In this document: positions 25,752 to 37,648 of the stretch, piece by piece
How the letters are laid out: each line of letters begins with the position of its first letter
Numbering within the stretch: position 1 is the first letter of the stretch
Assembly: GCA_024137785.1 (NCBI GenBank)
Contig: JAHRHZ010000061.1
Coordinates: forward strand, 3,333,890-3,397,889
DNA length: 64,000 bases
Direction of reading: 5' to 3'
Origin: Ginglymostoma cirratum
Taxonomy: Eukaryota
Notes under the pieces: generated by a model
The model's database searches: none
What the model saw: the letters and a program-made list of their open reading frames with translations, nothing else
What the model was told of the DNA's origin: nothing
Made by a program: the position numbers and the translations under genes

Positions 25752-28700
25752 AATAAAAATTGAAAGACCTGCAGATGCCGTAAATCAGAAACAAAAAACA
25801 GAAGTTGCTGGCAAAGCTCAGCAGCACCTGTGAAGAGAAATCAGAGATAACACTTTGGGTCCGGTGTGCCCTTCCACAGAACTGATGGTAGCTAGGAAAA
25901 TGTCAATTTATGTGCAGAAGACAGGGTCGGGAGAGGATAAGGAGTAAACGATAGGTGGGGATAGAGCCCAAAGAGAAAGAAGAGCACTTGGACAGACAAA
26001 GGAGTTGAAAACGATCTGGCTGGGAGGTTGAACAGCTGTTAATGGAAATTGTTAGTGGCCAACAATAAGTAGTGTGTAATAGCAAACTATGTGATAACAA
26101 GGCCTGGTGTGTGGGGTAGGGGGCTAGGACATGGGAGACTTCAGGCCCTAAAGTTATTGAGCTTGATATTGCACCTGGAGAGCTGCAGGGTCCCCAAGTG
26201 GAAAATGAGGTGTTGTTCTTCCAGCTTGCGCTGAGCTTCGTTGGAGCACTGTGGCAGGTCTGAGACAGAGATGTTGGCCAGGGAACAGGACAGTGTGTTA
26301 AAGAGGCAGGCAACTGGAGGTTCAGGGTCCTTTTTGCAAGCAGAATGTAGATGTGCTGTGAAGCAGTCACCTGGTCTATGCTTCGCTTCCCCAGTGTAGA
26401 GGAGACTGCATTGTGAGCAGAGAATGCCGTAGACTAGATTGTGTGAAGTGCAGGTGAAATGCTGCTTCATCTGGAAGGTATGTTTGGGCCCTTGAATACC
26501 GAGGAAGGAGGAGATAAATGGGCCGGTGTTACACCTGTCGCGGTTATAGGAGAAGGTGCTGCGGGACTGTGGTGGGGGTGTTGAGAGTGAAGGAAAAGTG
26601 GACTAGGGTGTCCCAGAGGGAACAGTCCCTCCAGTAGGCAGACAAGGGAAGAGAGGGGATTATGTGTCTGGTGTTAGCATCTTGCTGGAGGTGGTGGAAA
26701 TGGTGTCTGATGATCTTGTGGATATGGATGCCAGTGGGACAGAAGATAAGGACAGGGGAACACTATCGCTGTTGCGGAAGGGAAGATAAGGGGTGAGGGC
26801 GGAAGTATGGGAGATGTGTCAGACCCAGTTGAGGGCCCTGTCAACAACAGAGCTGGGGAATCCTTGGTTGAGAAAGAAGGTGGACATTTTGGAGGCTCCC
26901 TTGTTGAAATTGGCATCATCGGAACACATGTGGCGGAGATGGAGGAACTGGGAGAATGGAATTGAATCTTTACAGGAAGCAGAGTGCACAGATGGTTAGT
27001 CCAGGTAGCTGTGGGAGTTGATGGATTTATATTGGATGTTAGTCTATCCCCAGAAATGGAAACAGAAATGTCAAGAAAAGGAAGGCAGGAGACAGAGACA
27101 GACCAGTTGAAAGTGAGGGCAAGGTGGAATTTAGAAGGGAAATTGATAAACTTTTCCAATTTTGGACGAGAGAGGGAAGCAGCAGTGATGACATCATCGA
27201 TATATCGGAGAAAGAACTGTGAGTGGGGGCTAGAATAAGACTGGAATAAGGAATGTTCCATATACCCCAGGTGTAACACCGGCCCATTTATCTCCTCCTT
27301 CCTCGGTATTCAAGGGCCCAAACATACCTTCCAGATGAAGCAGCATTTCACCTGCACTTCACACAATCTAGTCTACGGCATTCTCTGCTCACAATGCGGT
27401 CTCCTCTGGGGAAGCGAAGCATAGACCAGGTGACTGCTTCACAGCACATCTACATTCTGCTTGCAAAAAGGACCCTGAACCTCCAGTTGCCTGCCTCTTT
27501 AACACACTGTCCTGTTCCCTGGCCAACATCTCTGTCTCAGACCTGCCACAGTGCTCCAACGAAGCTCAGCGCAAGCTGGAAGAACAACACCTCATTTTCC
27601 ACTTGGGGACCCTGCAGCTCTCCAGGTGCAGGTGGTTGGGGGTGAATGTTTAAAGGGATTGCACATCCATGGGGAAAGAGGAGGTGGCTGGAGCCTGCAA
27701 ACTGAAAATTCTGAAATTGGCATAAAGTTCCAGAGGAATTGCGGAAGTACATGGGCAGGGACTGGACCAGGGAGACAAGAGTGAGTCAAAGTAGGAAGAG
27801 ATGAGTTCTGTGGGGCAGGAGCAAGCATAAACAGTGGGTCTGCCCAGACAGTCCTGTTTGAGAAGTAGAAGGGAGCTGTGCAGGGTGGGGGCTATCAGCT
27901 TGAAGGCTGTGGGGTGGAGATTGCCTGATGAAATGAGGTCACTGACTGTGCTAGATACAATGGCCTGATGTTCCACAGTGGGGTCATAGTCCAAGGAAAG
28001 ATAGGAGGAAGTATCTGAGAGCTGGTGCTCAGCCTCTGCAATGGAGAGTACGCCAGACTACAACAGCACCATCCTTATCGGCAGGCTTAATAACAAAGTC
28101 AGGGTTAGATCTGAGTGTACGGAGTGTAGTCAGTTCCGAAGGAGATAGGTTGGATTGGGTGAGGGGGATAGAGAAATTGAGGTGACCAATGTCACGACGA
28201 TAGTTCTCAATGAACATATCGAGTGCAGGTATAAGGCCAGGGGGAGGGGTCCAGGTGGAGGGAAAGTGTTGGAACTGGGCGAAGGGGTCTGTGGGACGGG
28301 GATAGGACTTTTGTCCAAAGAAATGGACATGGAAGTAAAGACTGTGGAAGAAGATTTTGACATCATGTCATGCCCGAAATTTATTAAGGTAGGGACGTAG
28401 AAGGATAAAGCTGAGACCTTTGCTGAATACAAAACATTCAGCATCGGAGAACAGAAGGTTGGGAGGGATGGTGAATACCTGACAGGAGGTAGGGTTGGTG
28501 GTGGGGGTGGAGTCAGAGGGAAGGGGACGGGAGGAAGCTTCTAAAGAGCCATGTGTGTCTCTGAGTTGTTGTATCTTGTGTGACTTGATGCCTGAAAGGA
28601 AGAGAAAAAAATTCTTATTAGCACATCAAATGAGCCAAGGATGAGGTGGAACTGCGGAGTGGTGCAATCCTGAGTCAGTGTGTTGCGATGCTGTTGGAGA

Positions 28701-28920
28701 GAAAGCTCGAGAGTGTGCATGTGATGCCGCATGGCACTGAGTGTGGATTCGGGGTGCGGCGAGAGCAGCTGTCCGTGGAACATTGAACATCACGGAGATA
28801 TCTGTGATCCTGGCTGGATTCAAAGCACACGGGATGAAACTTCAGTTGGAATTCACTTGGGGTGAGTCTGAGCTAGAAGCAGTCACTGAGGAATGTGATA
28901 TGGCTGTGGAAACAAGTTTT
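25752..28920 (-). mobile_element. Degenerate Penelope-like retroelement (RT + GIY-YIG endonuclease)
   Basis: DFVIKPADKDGAVVVW (28029-28217), FFLRYIDD and LPFLDISV (26674-27279), GIY-YIG domain FTCTSHNLVYGILCSQCSLLYTGE...EQHLIFHLGTL (26141-26470), 3' end with a decayed hammerhead motif. Multiple frameshifts. Confidence 0.9.
27268..27630 (+). repeat. Inverted near-identical copy of 26170-26537 inside the Penelope-like element
   Basis: Reverse complement of 26170-26537; the only differences I noticed are a 5-nt deletion and one substitution near 27398-27406. The same peptide appears in ORFs 25903-26370(-) and 27394-27645(+). Confidence 0.92.
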
Positions 28921-30288
28921 AGCAAATACCTGGTCAAACACCAGGAGTGAGTGAAATTAATGTCAGTGGACAAGAAAAAAGATTGGAACGGAAGCGTATT
29001 ATGAGGCTTGCTTCAACTCGTGTTATGGATGAAAATCACTTTGTAATCTAGCTAGAAGAGTAACTTGTAATTAACAAGATGTAGTGTACTGCATGTTCAT
29101 AACTAGTTATGGTGTACATTGATTTGATTGGCTTTGTTCCAGAGATTTTGAAGAGAACCAGATGCTAGGTCTCAATTCCTTGTGATCCTAAATCGTTTTG
29201 CCCACTGCTACATTTGACATCATCATAGTGGATGGTGGTATGGAAAGTCTCCATGTTAACCCTTTCAGACACATTCAGACCCATGGACAACCATATTTCA
29301 GCTATCTCAATGTATAAGTAACATTGGGATCCTTTGATTAGCTTCTGGCTAAGAAAACCTCCAATTTTCTTTAAAGATCTCATGATTGGTGGCCCTCAAG
29401 CTCCTTGTCTTGGATATGGACATGCAAAGGCTGCTATTTCTGTCTGCTCCTTTAGCTTCTGTGGAGTGGTCTTCATGTTAGCTATTCAAGATACCGAGCC
29501 ATAATGCTTAGTGAGGACCTCTGCAGATTTCCCCGACAAGCTGCAAGGTACAGCGAATTCTCCAGCTGCTCTTCCCTCACAAAACCCAAATGAATTGCTG
29601 CTCCTTTCAGCAAATAAAACCTCCAGGGAAAGGTGGCTTGCCTTAGATTTGAACAGAAATGTGAAACAATTATTTTTTCCTTCATCACCACTCATCTGCA
29701 AAGCACATGAATAAGTTCTATTGATATTTCTATTGCTATGGATCTGATTGCCTGTTTTCATTTCCCAGTGCCTTGACTGTGTGCTCAGAGATTAATCATT
29801 TATTGTTCAATCTTTTGACTATGAACTCTGGCCTTGCAAGACCAACATATGTTAACTTTTAAATGTGATAAATCCAAACGTTTTTGAGTCGCATTTTCAT
29901 CAGAGTTGCTTTTCAGTTTCTCAATCAGATGCCTCCACTTGCCTACAGATCAAAGGGACATGCTTAAAGCCAAAGATTATACTCTAAAACAAAGAAAACA
30001 TAAAATAGGCTTTCACAACAATGAAGAGGAGAAATTTCTTCTCTTGATGGTCAGTAATCTTTTGAGTTTTCTTCCTTAGACAAGAGTGGAGGCTGAGTTA
30101 TTGAATATATTCAAGGGTAAGTTAGACAGGTTGTTGATTACAAAGAACTCAAGCATTATTGGAGATAAAAGGTACTGCAGATGCTGGAGAATCCGAGATA
30201 ACAAGCATGGGGCTGGATGAACACAGCAGGTCAAGCAGCATCATAGGAGCAGGAAAACTTGACGTTTCGGGCCTAAACCCTTTTTCTG

Positions 30289-30688
30289 NNNNNNNNNNNN
30301 NNNNNNNNNNNNNNNNNNNNNNNNNNNNNNNNNNNNNNNNNNNNNNNNNNNNNNNNNNNNNNNNNNNNNNNNNNNNNNNNNNNNNNNNNNNNNNNNNNNN
30401 NNNNNNNNNNNNNNNNNNNNNNNNNNNNNNNNNNNNNNNNNNNNNNNNNNNNNNNNNNNNNNNNNNNNNNNNNNNNNNNNNNNNNNNNNNNNNNNNNNNN
30501 NNNNNNNNNNNNNNNNNNNNNNNNNNNNNNNNNNNNNNNNNNNNNNNNNNNNNNNNNNNNNNNNNNNNNNNNNNNNNNNNNNNNNNNNNNNNNNNNNNNN
30601 NNNNNNNNNNNNNNNNNNNNNNNNNNNNNNNNNNNNNNNNNNNNNNNNNNNNNNNNNNNNNNNNNNNNNNNNNNNNNNNNNNNNNNNN
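30289..30688. other. Assembly gap (400 N); a second 10-N gap lies at 19449-19458
   Basis: N runs in the sequence. Confidence 1.
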
Positions 30689-30890
30689 TCATCCTGCCCC
30701 CTTGACCTGTCCGTCCTCCCTGGACTGACCTATCTCCTCCCTACCCCCCTACCTACACTCACCTTTACTGGCTCCATCCCCGCCTCTTCGACTTGTCTGC
30801 CTCCTCTCCACCTATCCTCTCCTCTATCCATCCTCTATCCGCCTCCCCCTCTCTCCCTATTTATTTCAGAACCCTCTTCCCCTCCCCCAT

Positions 30891-30923
30891 TTCTGATGAA
30901 GGGTTTAGGCCCGAAACGTCAAG
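30891..30923 (+). ncRNA. Minimal type I hammerhead ribozyme motif
   Basis: CTGATGA-A-GGG(TTTAGG)CCC-GAAAC-GTC: conserved core, stem II and palindromic stem III. Stem I is weak. Confidence 0.6.
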
Positions 30924-31137
30924 TTTTCCTGCTCCTATGATGCTGCTTGACCTGCTGTGTTCATCCAGCCCCATGCTTGTTATCAAGCATTATTGGGGCA
31001 GGCAGAAAAATTGAGTTAAGGTCAAAGTTAGATCAGTCATGATTGAATTGAATAGAGAAGTAGGTATGATGAGCCAAATAGCCAAGTCCTGGCAAAGTCC
31101 TCTCAAAGCCCACTAGTCTGATCATCATTAATTCATT

Positions 31138-31331
31138 AGATAACAAGATGTAGAGCTGATGAACACAGCAGGCCAGGCAGCAAGGGAGGAACAGGAAAGC
31201 TGATATTTCGGGTCCGGACTTGAAACATCAGCTTTCCTGCTCCTCTGATGCTGCCTGGCCTGCTGTGTTCATCCAGCTCCACACCTTGTTATCTCAGACT
31301 CCAGCATCAGCAGTTCCTACTATATCTGTGA
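31138..31331. mobile_element. Foldback Penelope-end insert
   Basis: Inverted arms GATGAACACAGCAGGCCAGGCAGCA / TGCTGCCTGGCCTGCTGTGTTCATC. 14-bp TSD ATCATTAATTCATT at 31124-31137 and 31332-31345. Confidence 0.8.
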
Positions 31332-31880
31332 ATCATTAATTCATTGCTCCTTAGTTTCTTGTGTTAGTTAGATAATGACAAATCAAAACTGGCTTGCCTA
31401 ATTATCTACCCTTAAACATGTAAATAGCAGGCTCTAATTGCATTGTTCCTTGTAGCCGAAAAGCACATCAGCAAAGAATGGGAACATGTTTGCTGCCTAT
31501 GTGCAGGGAGACATTACAAGAATAACATTTGGGAGAAAATGTGACCCTCATTTAACAAAGGCAAAACATTGGCTTCCTTAATGGAAATATATATGTTGGA
31601 TGAGGGCAAGTTAGCCTGCGAGCACTTAGTGCTAAGTGTCATGTCACATATGACTAATAGCCAGGCAGATAAAGAAGTAGTTAAAAAACAGGTCTGTTGA
31701 ATCTTAACTCAGAAAGTTAATTATTGTTTCAGGAGAAAGGGAGGAAAGACATGTAAGTGATGATAATAGCGACAAAATGAGCACAATCACCCAATATGAA
31801 AGTAAAAGGAAAAGCGTAACAATTATCCTAAGACCAGCCAACTGGACTGGATAATCAGCATAGCTATACTTCCCCAATAC

Positions 31881-31952
31881 CTTCACGCAGTCCATACTTA
31901 GAATCAGCAGCAAAAATGTCATCAGCCGGAAAGTGGACTGGCGTACAGACAT
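31881..31952 (-). CDS. NXPE3: Probable first coding exon of NXPE3-like copy A (signal/anchor MSVRQSTFRLMTFLLLILSMDCVK); exon spans 31881-32013 including 5' UTR
   Basis: Strong polypyrimidine acceptor (ttttcccatttctttctttcag) at 32014-32015, Kozak-like cccaccATG at 31952, hydrophobic stretch, and phase-0 donor AAG|gtattg matching the phase-0 acceptor at 22809. Gives a 565-aa protein. Confidence 0.65.
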
Positions 31953-32064
31953 GGTGGGTAGGTGAGGGCTCACAATTGACTGATATCTCTAATCAACTTG
32001 CAACTTCTTTTATCTGAAAGAAAGAAATGGGAAAATGAAGAACTAAATAAGAAACTGGCATCAA

Positions 32065-32641
32065 AGTTCTGTGGGTAATAGGAAGGCAAATGGAATATTG
32101 GCCTTTATTTTAAAGGGAATGGAGTATTAAAATAGGGAGACTTTCCTGAAACTATACTAACCATGCCACTGCCGAATACTGTGAACAGTTTTGGGCCCCT
32201 TATCTAAGTAACAATATAATGACATTGGAGGCAGTCCACAGTAGGTTCACTAAGCTGATCCTGGGTTTGGAGGGATTGTCTTAAGAGGGAAAGGTGAATT
32301 GGTTGTACCTGTACTCATTGGGATTTAGAAAAATGAAAGAACTTTATTGAATATGCAAGATATCTAAGGATCTTGATGGGGTATATGCAGAGAGGTTGCT
32401 TCCCTTATTGGAGAGTCTAGAAACAGAGGGCATAATCTCAGAAGGAATTGCCTATTTAAGACAGAGATGAGGAAGAATTTCTTTTCTCAGAGGGTAGTGA
32501 ATCTGTGGAATTATTTTCTGCAGAAGGCTATAGAGGCTGGGTTGTTAAGTATATTTAAAGCTTATAGACAAATTTTTAATGAGTAAAGGGAATCAAGGAT
32601 TATGAGGATTTAAGGCCGGAAAGTGGAGGTGAGAATTATCA
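32065..32641 (+). mobile_element. CR1 LINE 3' fragment interrupted by a Penelope-like element (resumes ~33274-33330)
   Basis: CR1 C-terminal motifs (GAGATGAGGAAGAATTTCTTTTCTCAGAGGGTAGTGAATCTGTGGAAT). Confidence 0.8.
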
Positions 32642-33273
32642 GAGATAAAAGGTACTGCAGATGCTGGAGAATCCGAGATAACAAGCATGGGGCTGGATGA
32701 ACACAGCAGGTCAAGCAGCATCATAGGAGCAGGAAAACTTGACGTTTCGGGCCTAAACCCTTCATCAGAAATGGGGGAGGGGAAGAGGGTTCTGAAATAA
32801 ATAGGGAGAGAGGGGGAGGCGGATAGAGGATGCATAGAGGAGAGGATAGGTGGAGAGGAGGCAGACAAGTCGAAGAGGCGGGGATGGAGCCAGTAAAGGT
32901 GAGTGTAGGTAGGGGGGTAGGGAGGAGATAGGTCAGTCCAGGGAGGACGGACAGGTCAAGGGGGCGGGATGAGGTTAGTAGATAGGAGATGGGGGTGTGG
33001 CTTGGGGTGAGAGGAAAAACCGGTTAGGGAGGTGGAGATGAGCTGGGCTGGTTTTGGGATGCGGTTGGGGGAGGGGAGATTTTGAAGCTTGTGAAATCCA
33101 CATTGATGCCATCGGGCTGCAGGGTTCCCAGGCTGAATATGATTTGCTGTTCCTGCAGCCTTCGGGTGGCATCACTGTGGCATTGCAGGAGGCCAAGGAT
33201 GGACATGTCATCTGAGGAATGGGAGGGGGAGTTGAAATGGTTCGCGACTGGGAGGTGCAGTTGTTTGTTGCGA
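32642..33273 (-). mobile_element. Young 5'-truncated Penelope-like element with intact hammerhead core (32738-32771)
   Basis: ORF 33024-33206 (LQEQQIIFSLGTLQPDGINVDF) is a GIY-YIG C-terminus. 3' part is almost identical to 30163-30288 and, inverted, to 30690-30982. Confidence 0.88.
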
Positions 33274-33593
33274 ATACATTGGATAGAAGGGCAGACTGGA
33301 TGGGCTACTTCTCAACTTATGCCTTATTGTTGTATAAATCTGGACAGCAGTTTAACTGCCTTAACTTCTGCATGCTTATTTGTATCGTACTTTTATAGCA
33401 CAAGGATTACAACTTACATTTAAGCAGCAGTGCCTACTTTGTCAGCATGGCATCATAAAGAAGAGCCCTTGGCTTTCTGCCTAGAGAAAAAGAGTGCCAA
33501 AATACAGCTAATGTTTAACTCTGGGAAGATAATAGTTAAGTGACAATTGTGTGTAGCTTTGGGCACAGGAAGGGTACAGGGGAAAAATGCAAA

Positions 33594-34102
33594 GGGGGCA
33601 TGGTGGCTCAGTGGTTAGCACTGCTGCCTCGCAGCGCCAGGGACCCAGGATCAATTCCAGCCTTGGGTGACTGTCTGTGTGGAGTTTGCACATTCTCCCC
33701 ATGTCGGTGTGGGTTTCCTCCAGATACTCCAGTTTCCTCCCACAGTCCATAGATGTGCGGGCTAGGTGGATTGGCCATGCTAAATTGTCCACAGTGTTCA
33801 GGAATTTTTAGATGAGGTGGGATATATATATAGAATCCCTACAGTGTGGAAACAGGCCCTTTAGCACAACAAGTCCGCACTGACCCTCAGACATCCCACT
33901 CAGACCCATCCCACTAGAACCCAACTAACCTACACATCCCTGAACACTGTGGGCAATTTAGCATGGTTAATCCACCTAACCTACATACCTTTGGACTGTG
34001 GTAGGAGGGAGGATAGGGGGATGGGTCTAGGTGGGATACTCTGAGGGTCAGTGTGGACTTGTTGGGCCAAGGGCCTGTTTCCTCACTGTAGGGATTCTAT
34101 GA
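33594..34102 (+). mobile_element. HE1 V-SINE with a nested antisense HE1 3' fragment (~33831-34003)
   Basis: Head GGCATGGTGGCTCAGTGGTTAGCACTGCTGCCTC, then an inverted tail fragment after the ATATATAT run; the host tail resumes ~34005. Confidence 0.85.
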
Positions 34103-36554
34103 TAATTCTCCAGAATATTACAAGTTTTGGAACTGTACCCATCCAGGCAATTAGAGAGCATTCGATCACACTCGTGACTTGTGTTTTTTGGCTTGCGGTT
34201 AGGCATTGAGGAGATAGGAGGTGTGTTAATCTGCTGCAGAATTCTCAACATCTACAAGGATGTTGGTGGTATGGGACTCAGTGATAGGAATGCCATTGAA
34301 CTTCAGGGGGTAATGGTTCGATTCTTATTTGTTAAAAATGGTCATTGCCTGGGAACTGTGTGGTGTGAATGTTACTTTCCACTTGTCAGTCCAAGCCTGG
34401 ATATTGTCCAGTTCTTGCTGTATTTGGGCATGGGACTGCTTCAGTACCTGAGGAGCCACATATGGTGCAATCATCACTGAACATTCACTCTTTTGACTTT
34501 ATGATGGAGGGAAAATCATTGATGAAGCAATTGAAGGTGGTTGGGCATAGGATGCTATTCTGAGGGCTTCCTGAGGCTGAGATGATTAATCTCCAGCAGC
34601 CTCAACCATTTTCTGTGCTAGGCATAACTTCGACTAACGGATAGATTTTCACCCTGCTGAGAAGGGTTCAAGCTAAATAAGACAGGCAAGGGATCAAATG
34701 TGTAAATATGCTGTATTTCACAGAGTGGAGGCATGGTAAGTAGAATTGTAATATGGGAAATTAGGATCAAAAATTGGCAGAAAAGATGCTGGAAACATAT
34801 ATACATGTATATGTATGTGTAAAATAGAATTATGAGAACTGGAAAATTGAACTATTTGAGTGTTACTGAGTTGAAGCGGAACCCTTTTATCATGTGATTT
34901 CTTAGAAAAAGTTGAGTCAAGGAGTTTATTTTAGTTTATTTGCTGTTTATTAGAAATAAACTGTTCGCAGGAGAAGGTGAAAACCTAAAGTTTTTGTAAG
35001 TTGAAATTGCATTTGGGGCCTTAACGGCTTGATAATCAAACTTGAAGGAGAAGTCATAGGATCTTTGCTGCCATTACATAGCAACAGCCTATGGACTTCT
35101 GGTTTTTGTTTTAGCAAGGATTTTAGCAAAGTTGTCAGGAGGGAAAACATTTCCATTTCTCTCTCAGTGAGTAAAAGATAAAACTGTTAAAGAATAAAAG
35201 AAAACCAGCCGAAGCAATATCTCAGTGATGTAGCTATTGGGCATCAGAGAATGTTCCAGAAATCAATATTTCTGATCTCGTCATAAACTTTGATAGCTGA
35301 ACTGTTAACATAATCCAACGACCTTGGCTGAACCAAATTTTCGTTCAAACTGAGGGTCTTTTATCATTTTGTGACCAATAGCAACTTGATCTTGTTGACT
35401 GAAAACCAAAGGAACTAAAGTAAGGCAAGTCATTCTGCCATTTTAATTTGGACTCTTGATCTACAGTGTGTAGTGTGTTCTCTTTTCCCTTTTCTTTCCA
35501 ATCCATAATACCCCTGCAGCATCGTGACTTGTTCTGTCTGTGTATTAATGTGTATTTTAGGATTGAGTGGGAAATAGTTTAATTAAACCTAATAGTTTAA
35601 TTGACAGCTAGTTTTGCCATTTGTAATACATAAGCTTCTTTCTTCATAAACAAGCCGGTTTTGAGTTGAGGAAACCTGGTGAATGTCTCTTTTGATTGCG
35701 ATAACAATAATAAATTGAAAAAAAAAACCATATTGGTAATTAAATAAATCATTTGCACTTATGGTACAATTTGTGGACTATTGGGGCTCGATTACTAGTG
35801 CAGTCCTCCCGTTAGAGTTACAGCCAGAAAGGAAAAATCTAATACTGTACCTGCAGACAAGACTGTATGCTACAAAGATAAGAAAGAGACAAAACTAATG
35901 GCTCTGTATCAGAATGTACATAGCATTCATAACAAATTAAACAATTAAAATTTGATTGCACAAATTGAAGTACAGATAGTTCCTGTCCCTGGGTTGCGAA
36001 TGTGCTCCCTTCTTGAATCCATTTACAAGTCAAGTTGTATCCAAGTTGGAACACAATGCAAGACAATATAAAATACCTGTTGTAAGTACAGGAATTGTTC
36101 TTATGTCAGATCTTTAAAATTATACCAGTGTATAGGATTGCGTTCGTGAGTGAGAGCATTTATAAGTAGGATGTGCGTCAATTGGGGACACTTGTAAACA
36201 AATATGATCTACTACAGAGATGTGGCTGCAGAATGACAAGTGTATATTTCTCAACATTGAGCAGCATTTGACATTCAAGATGTTTAGGAAATTACAAAAA
36301 GATAGGGGGGGTAGCAATGTTAGTAGCATTTGCGCAGTGGTTGAAGATGAACTTGCTACTGGGGATCAGGTTGGAGAATCATTGGGTAGAGATGAGGAAT
36401 GTAGGGCAAAAGTTCACTAGTGGGTGTGTTTACAGTCCCTCTAACAGTAAGCTCAATGTTGGAGAAAGTAAATGAGAAGAAATAATGTACCCTTATGTTA
36501 AAGGGATGACAATAATCATGGATAACTTTAATCTCCACAAATAGCAGCAGTAGT

Positions 36555-36913
36555 GTATGCCATCTACAGATGCACCACAAACATTCCACAAAGATCCTTA
36601 CATATCACCTTTCAAACCCCTGACCACTTCCATTCGGAAGGCCAAGAGCAGTGGATACATGGGAACACCACCACCAGCACATTTTCCTCCAAGCCACTCA
36701 CCATCTTGACTTTGAACTATATCATAGTTCTTTCAGTACCTTGGGTTCAAATCCTGGAATCCCCATCCTAGTGACATTGTGGGTCTACCTACAGCACAGG
36801 GACTGCAGCAGTTCAAGAAGGCAGCTCACCACTACCTTCATAAGGGCTATTTATGATGGGCAATAAATCCTGGTCCAGCCAGTGGCACCCACATCTCATG
36901 AATGAATAAAAAC
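36555..36913 (+). mobile_element. LINE 3' tail
   Basis: Same family as 2860-3150; ends CCCACATCTCATGAATGAATAAAAA. Confidence 0.7.
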
Positions 36914-37352
36914 AATGCATTCCCATTTTCATGTGAAGTAGTTTGTTGAGTGAGATTCACAGTGTCCAGTACAACATGGCTCTCAGCAACTTTTCTGAAC
37001 CAATACCAGTTACTGCACTCCACCTTATTACTTATGTAGTCAGGTTCTTGGGCATCTTTCTGATGGATTCGCACAGCAGGAGGAGTGGAGGTGCTCACCA
37101 CTTCTAGGCTTTTTTATGTAAATCCTGGCTGTGCACCACTGGAAGCTAGGAACTATCCCTTCCACTGTGGTACTTGAGGCCTAACATTGCAGACATGACC
37201 TAGAGGATAGGAAAGCTCACTCCCCACTTTATAGATGGGAACCTGAGCGGTTGGTGGACAGGATGGTGGACAGGCTTGCTTTTCCTTTTCTAGCTGACAG
37301 CCACTGGAAGCCACAGCATTAGGCACAGACAGCCTGGGAGCAAACTGCAGCC

Positions 37353-37648
37353 TGGTGGCAAAGTGGCTCAGTGGTTAGTGCTGCATCACACAGCCAGGGA
37401 CCCGGGTTTGATTCCAGCCTTGGGCGACTGTGTGGAGTTTGCACCTTTCATCTGCGCCCACATGGGTTTCCTTTGGGTGCTCCAGTTTTCTCCCACAGTT
37501 CAAAGATGTGCAGGTTAGGTGAAATGGCCAGGATAAATGTAATGTTACAAGGTTATGCTAGGGGCTCTGTTTGAATGGGATATTCTTTGGAGGGTCAATG
37601 CAGACTTGATGGGCCAAATGGCCTCTTTATGTACTGTAGACATTCTAT
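37353..37648 (+). mobile_element. HE1-type V-SINE
   Basis: GGTGGCAAAGTGGCTCAGTGGTTAG...GGGTTTGATTCC head, V-domain and tail. Confidence 0.85.

Larger units (their letters stand above)
30163..30982. mobile_element. Young Penelope-like insertion with inverted termini, spanning a 400-N gap
   Basis: 14-bp TSD TCAAGCATTATTGG at 30149-30162 and 30983-30996. Termini are inverted copies of the element 3' end. Inserted in a CR1 3' tail. Confidence 0.82.

Noticed and set aside
30159-30728. Long ORFs of 189 and 139 aa in the ORF track
   Set aside because: Artefacts of the 400-N gap.
31704-31880. Hydrophobic continuation of ORF 31704-31973, suggesting a small membrane protein
   Set aside because: More simply explained as T-rich intron read-through past the donor at 31880.
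34720-35825. Possible solo LTR-like elements here and at ~47310-47760 and ~58780-59580
   Set aside because: Composition is suggestive, but I could not fix termini or TSDs.
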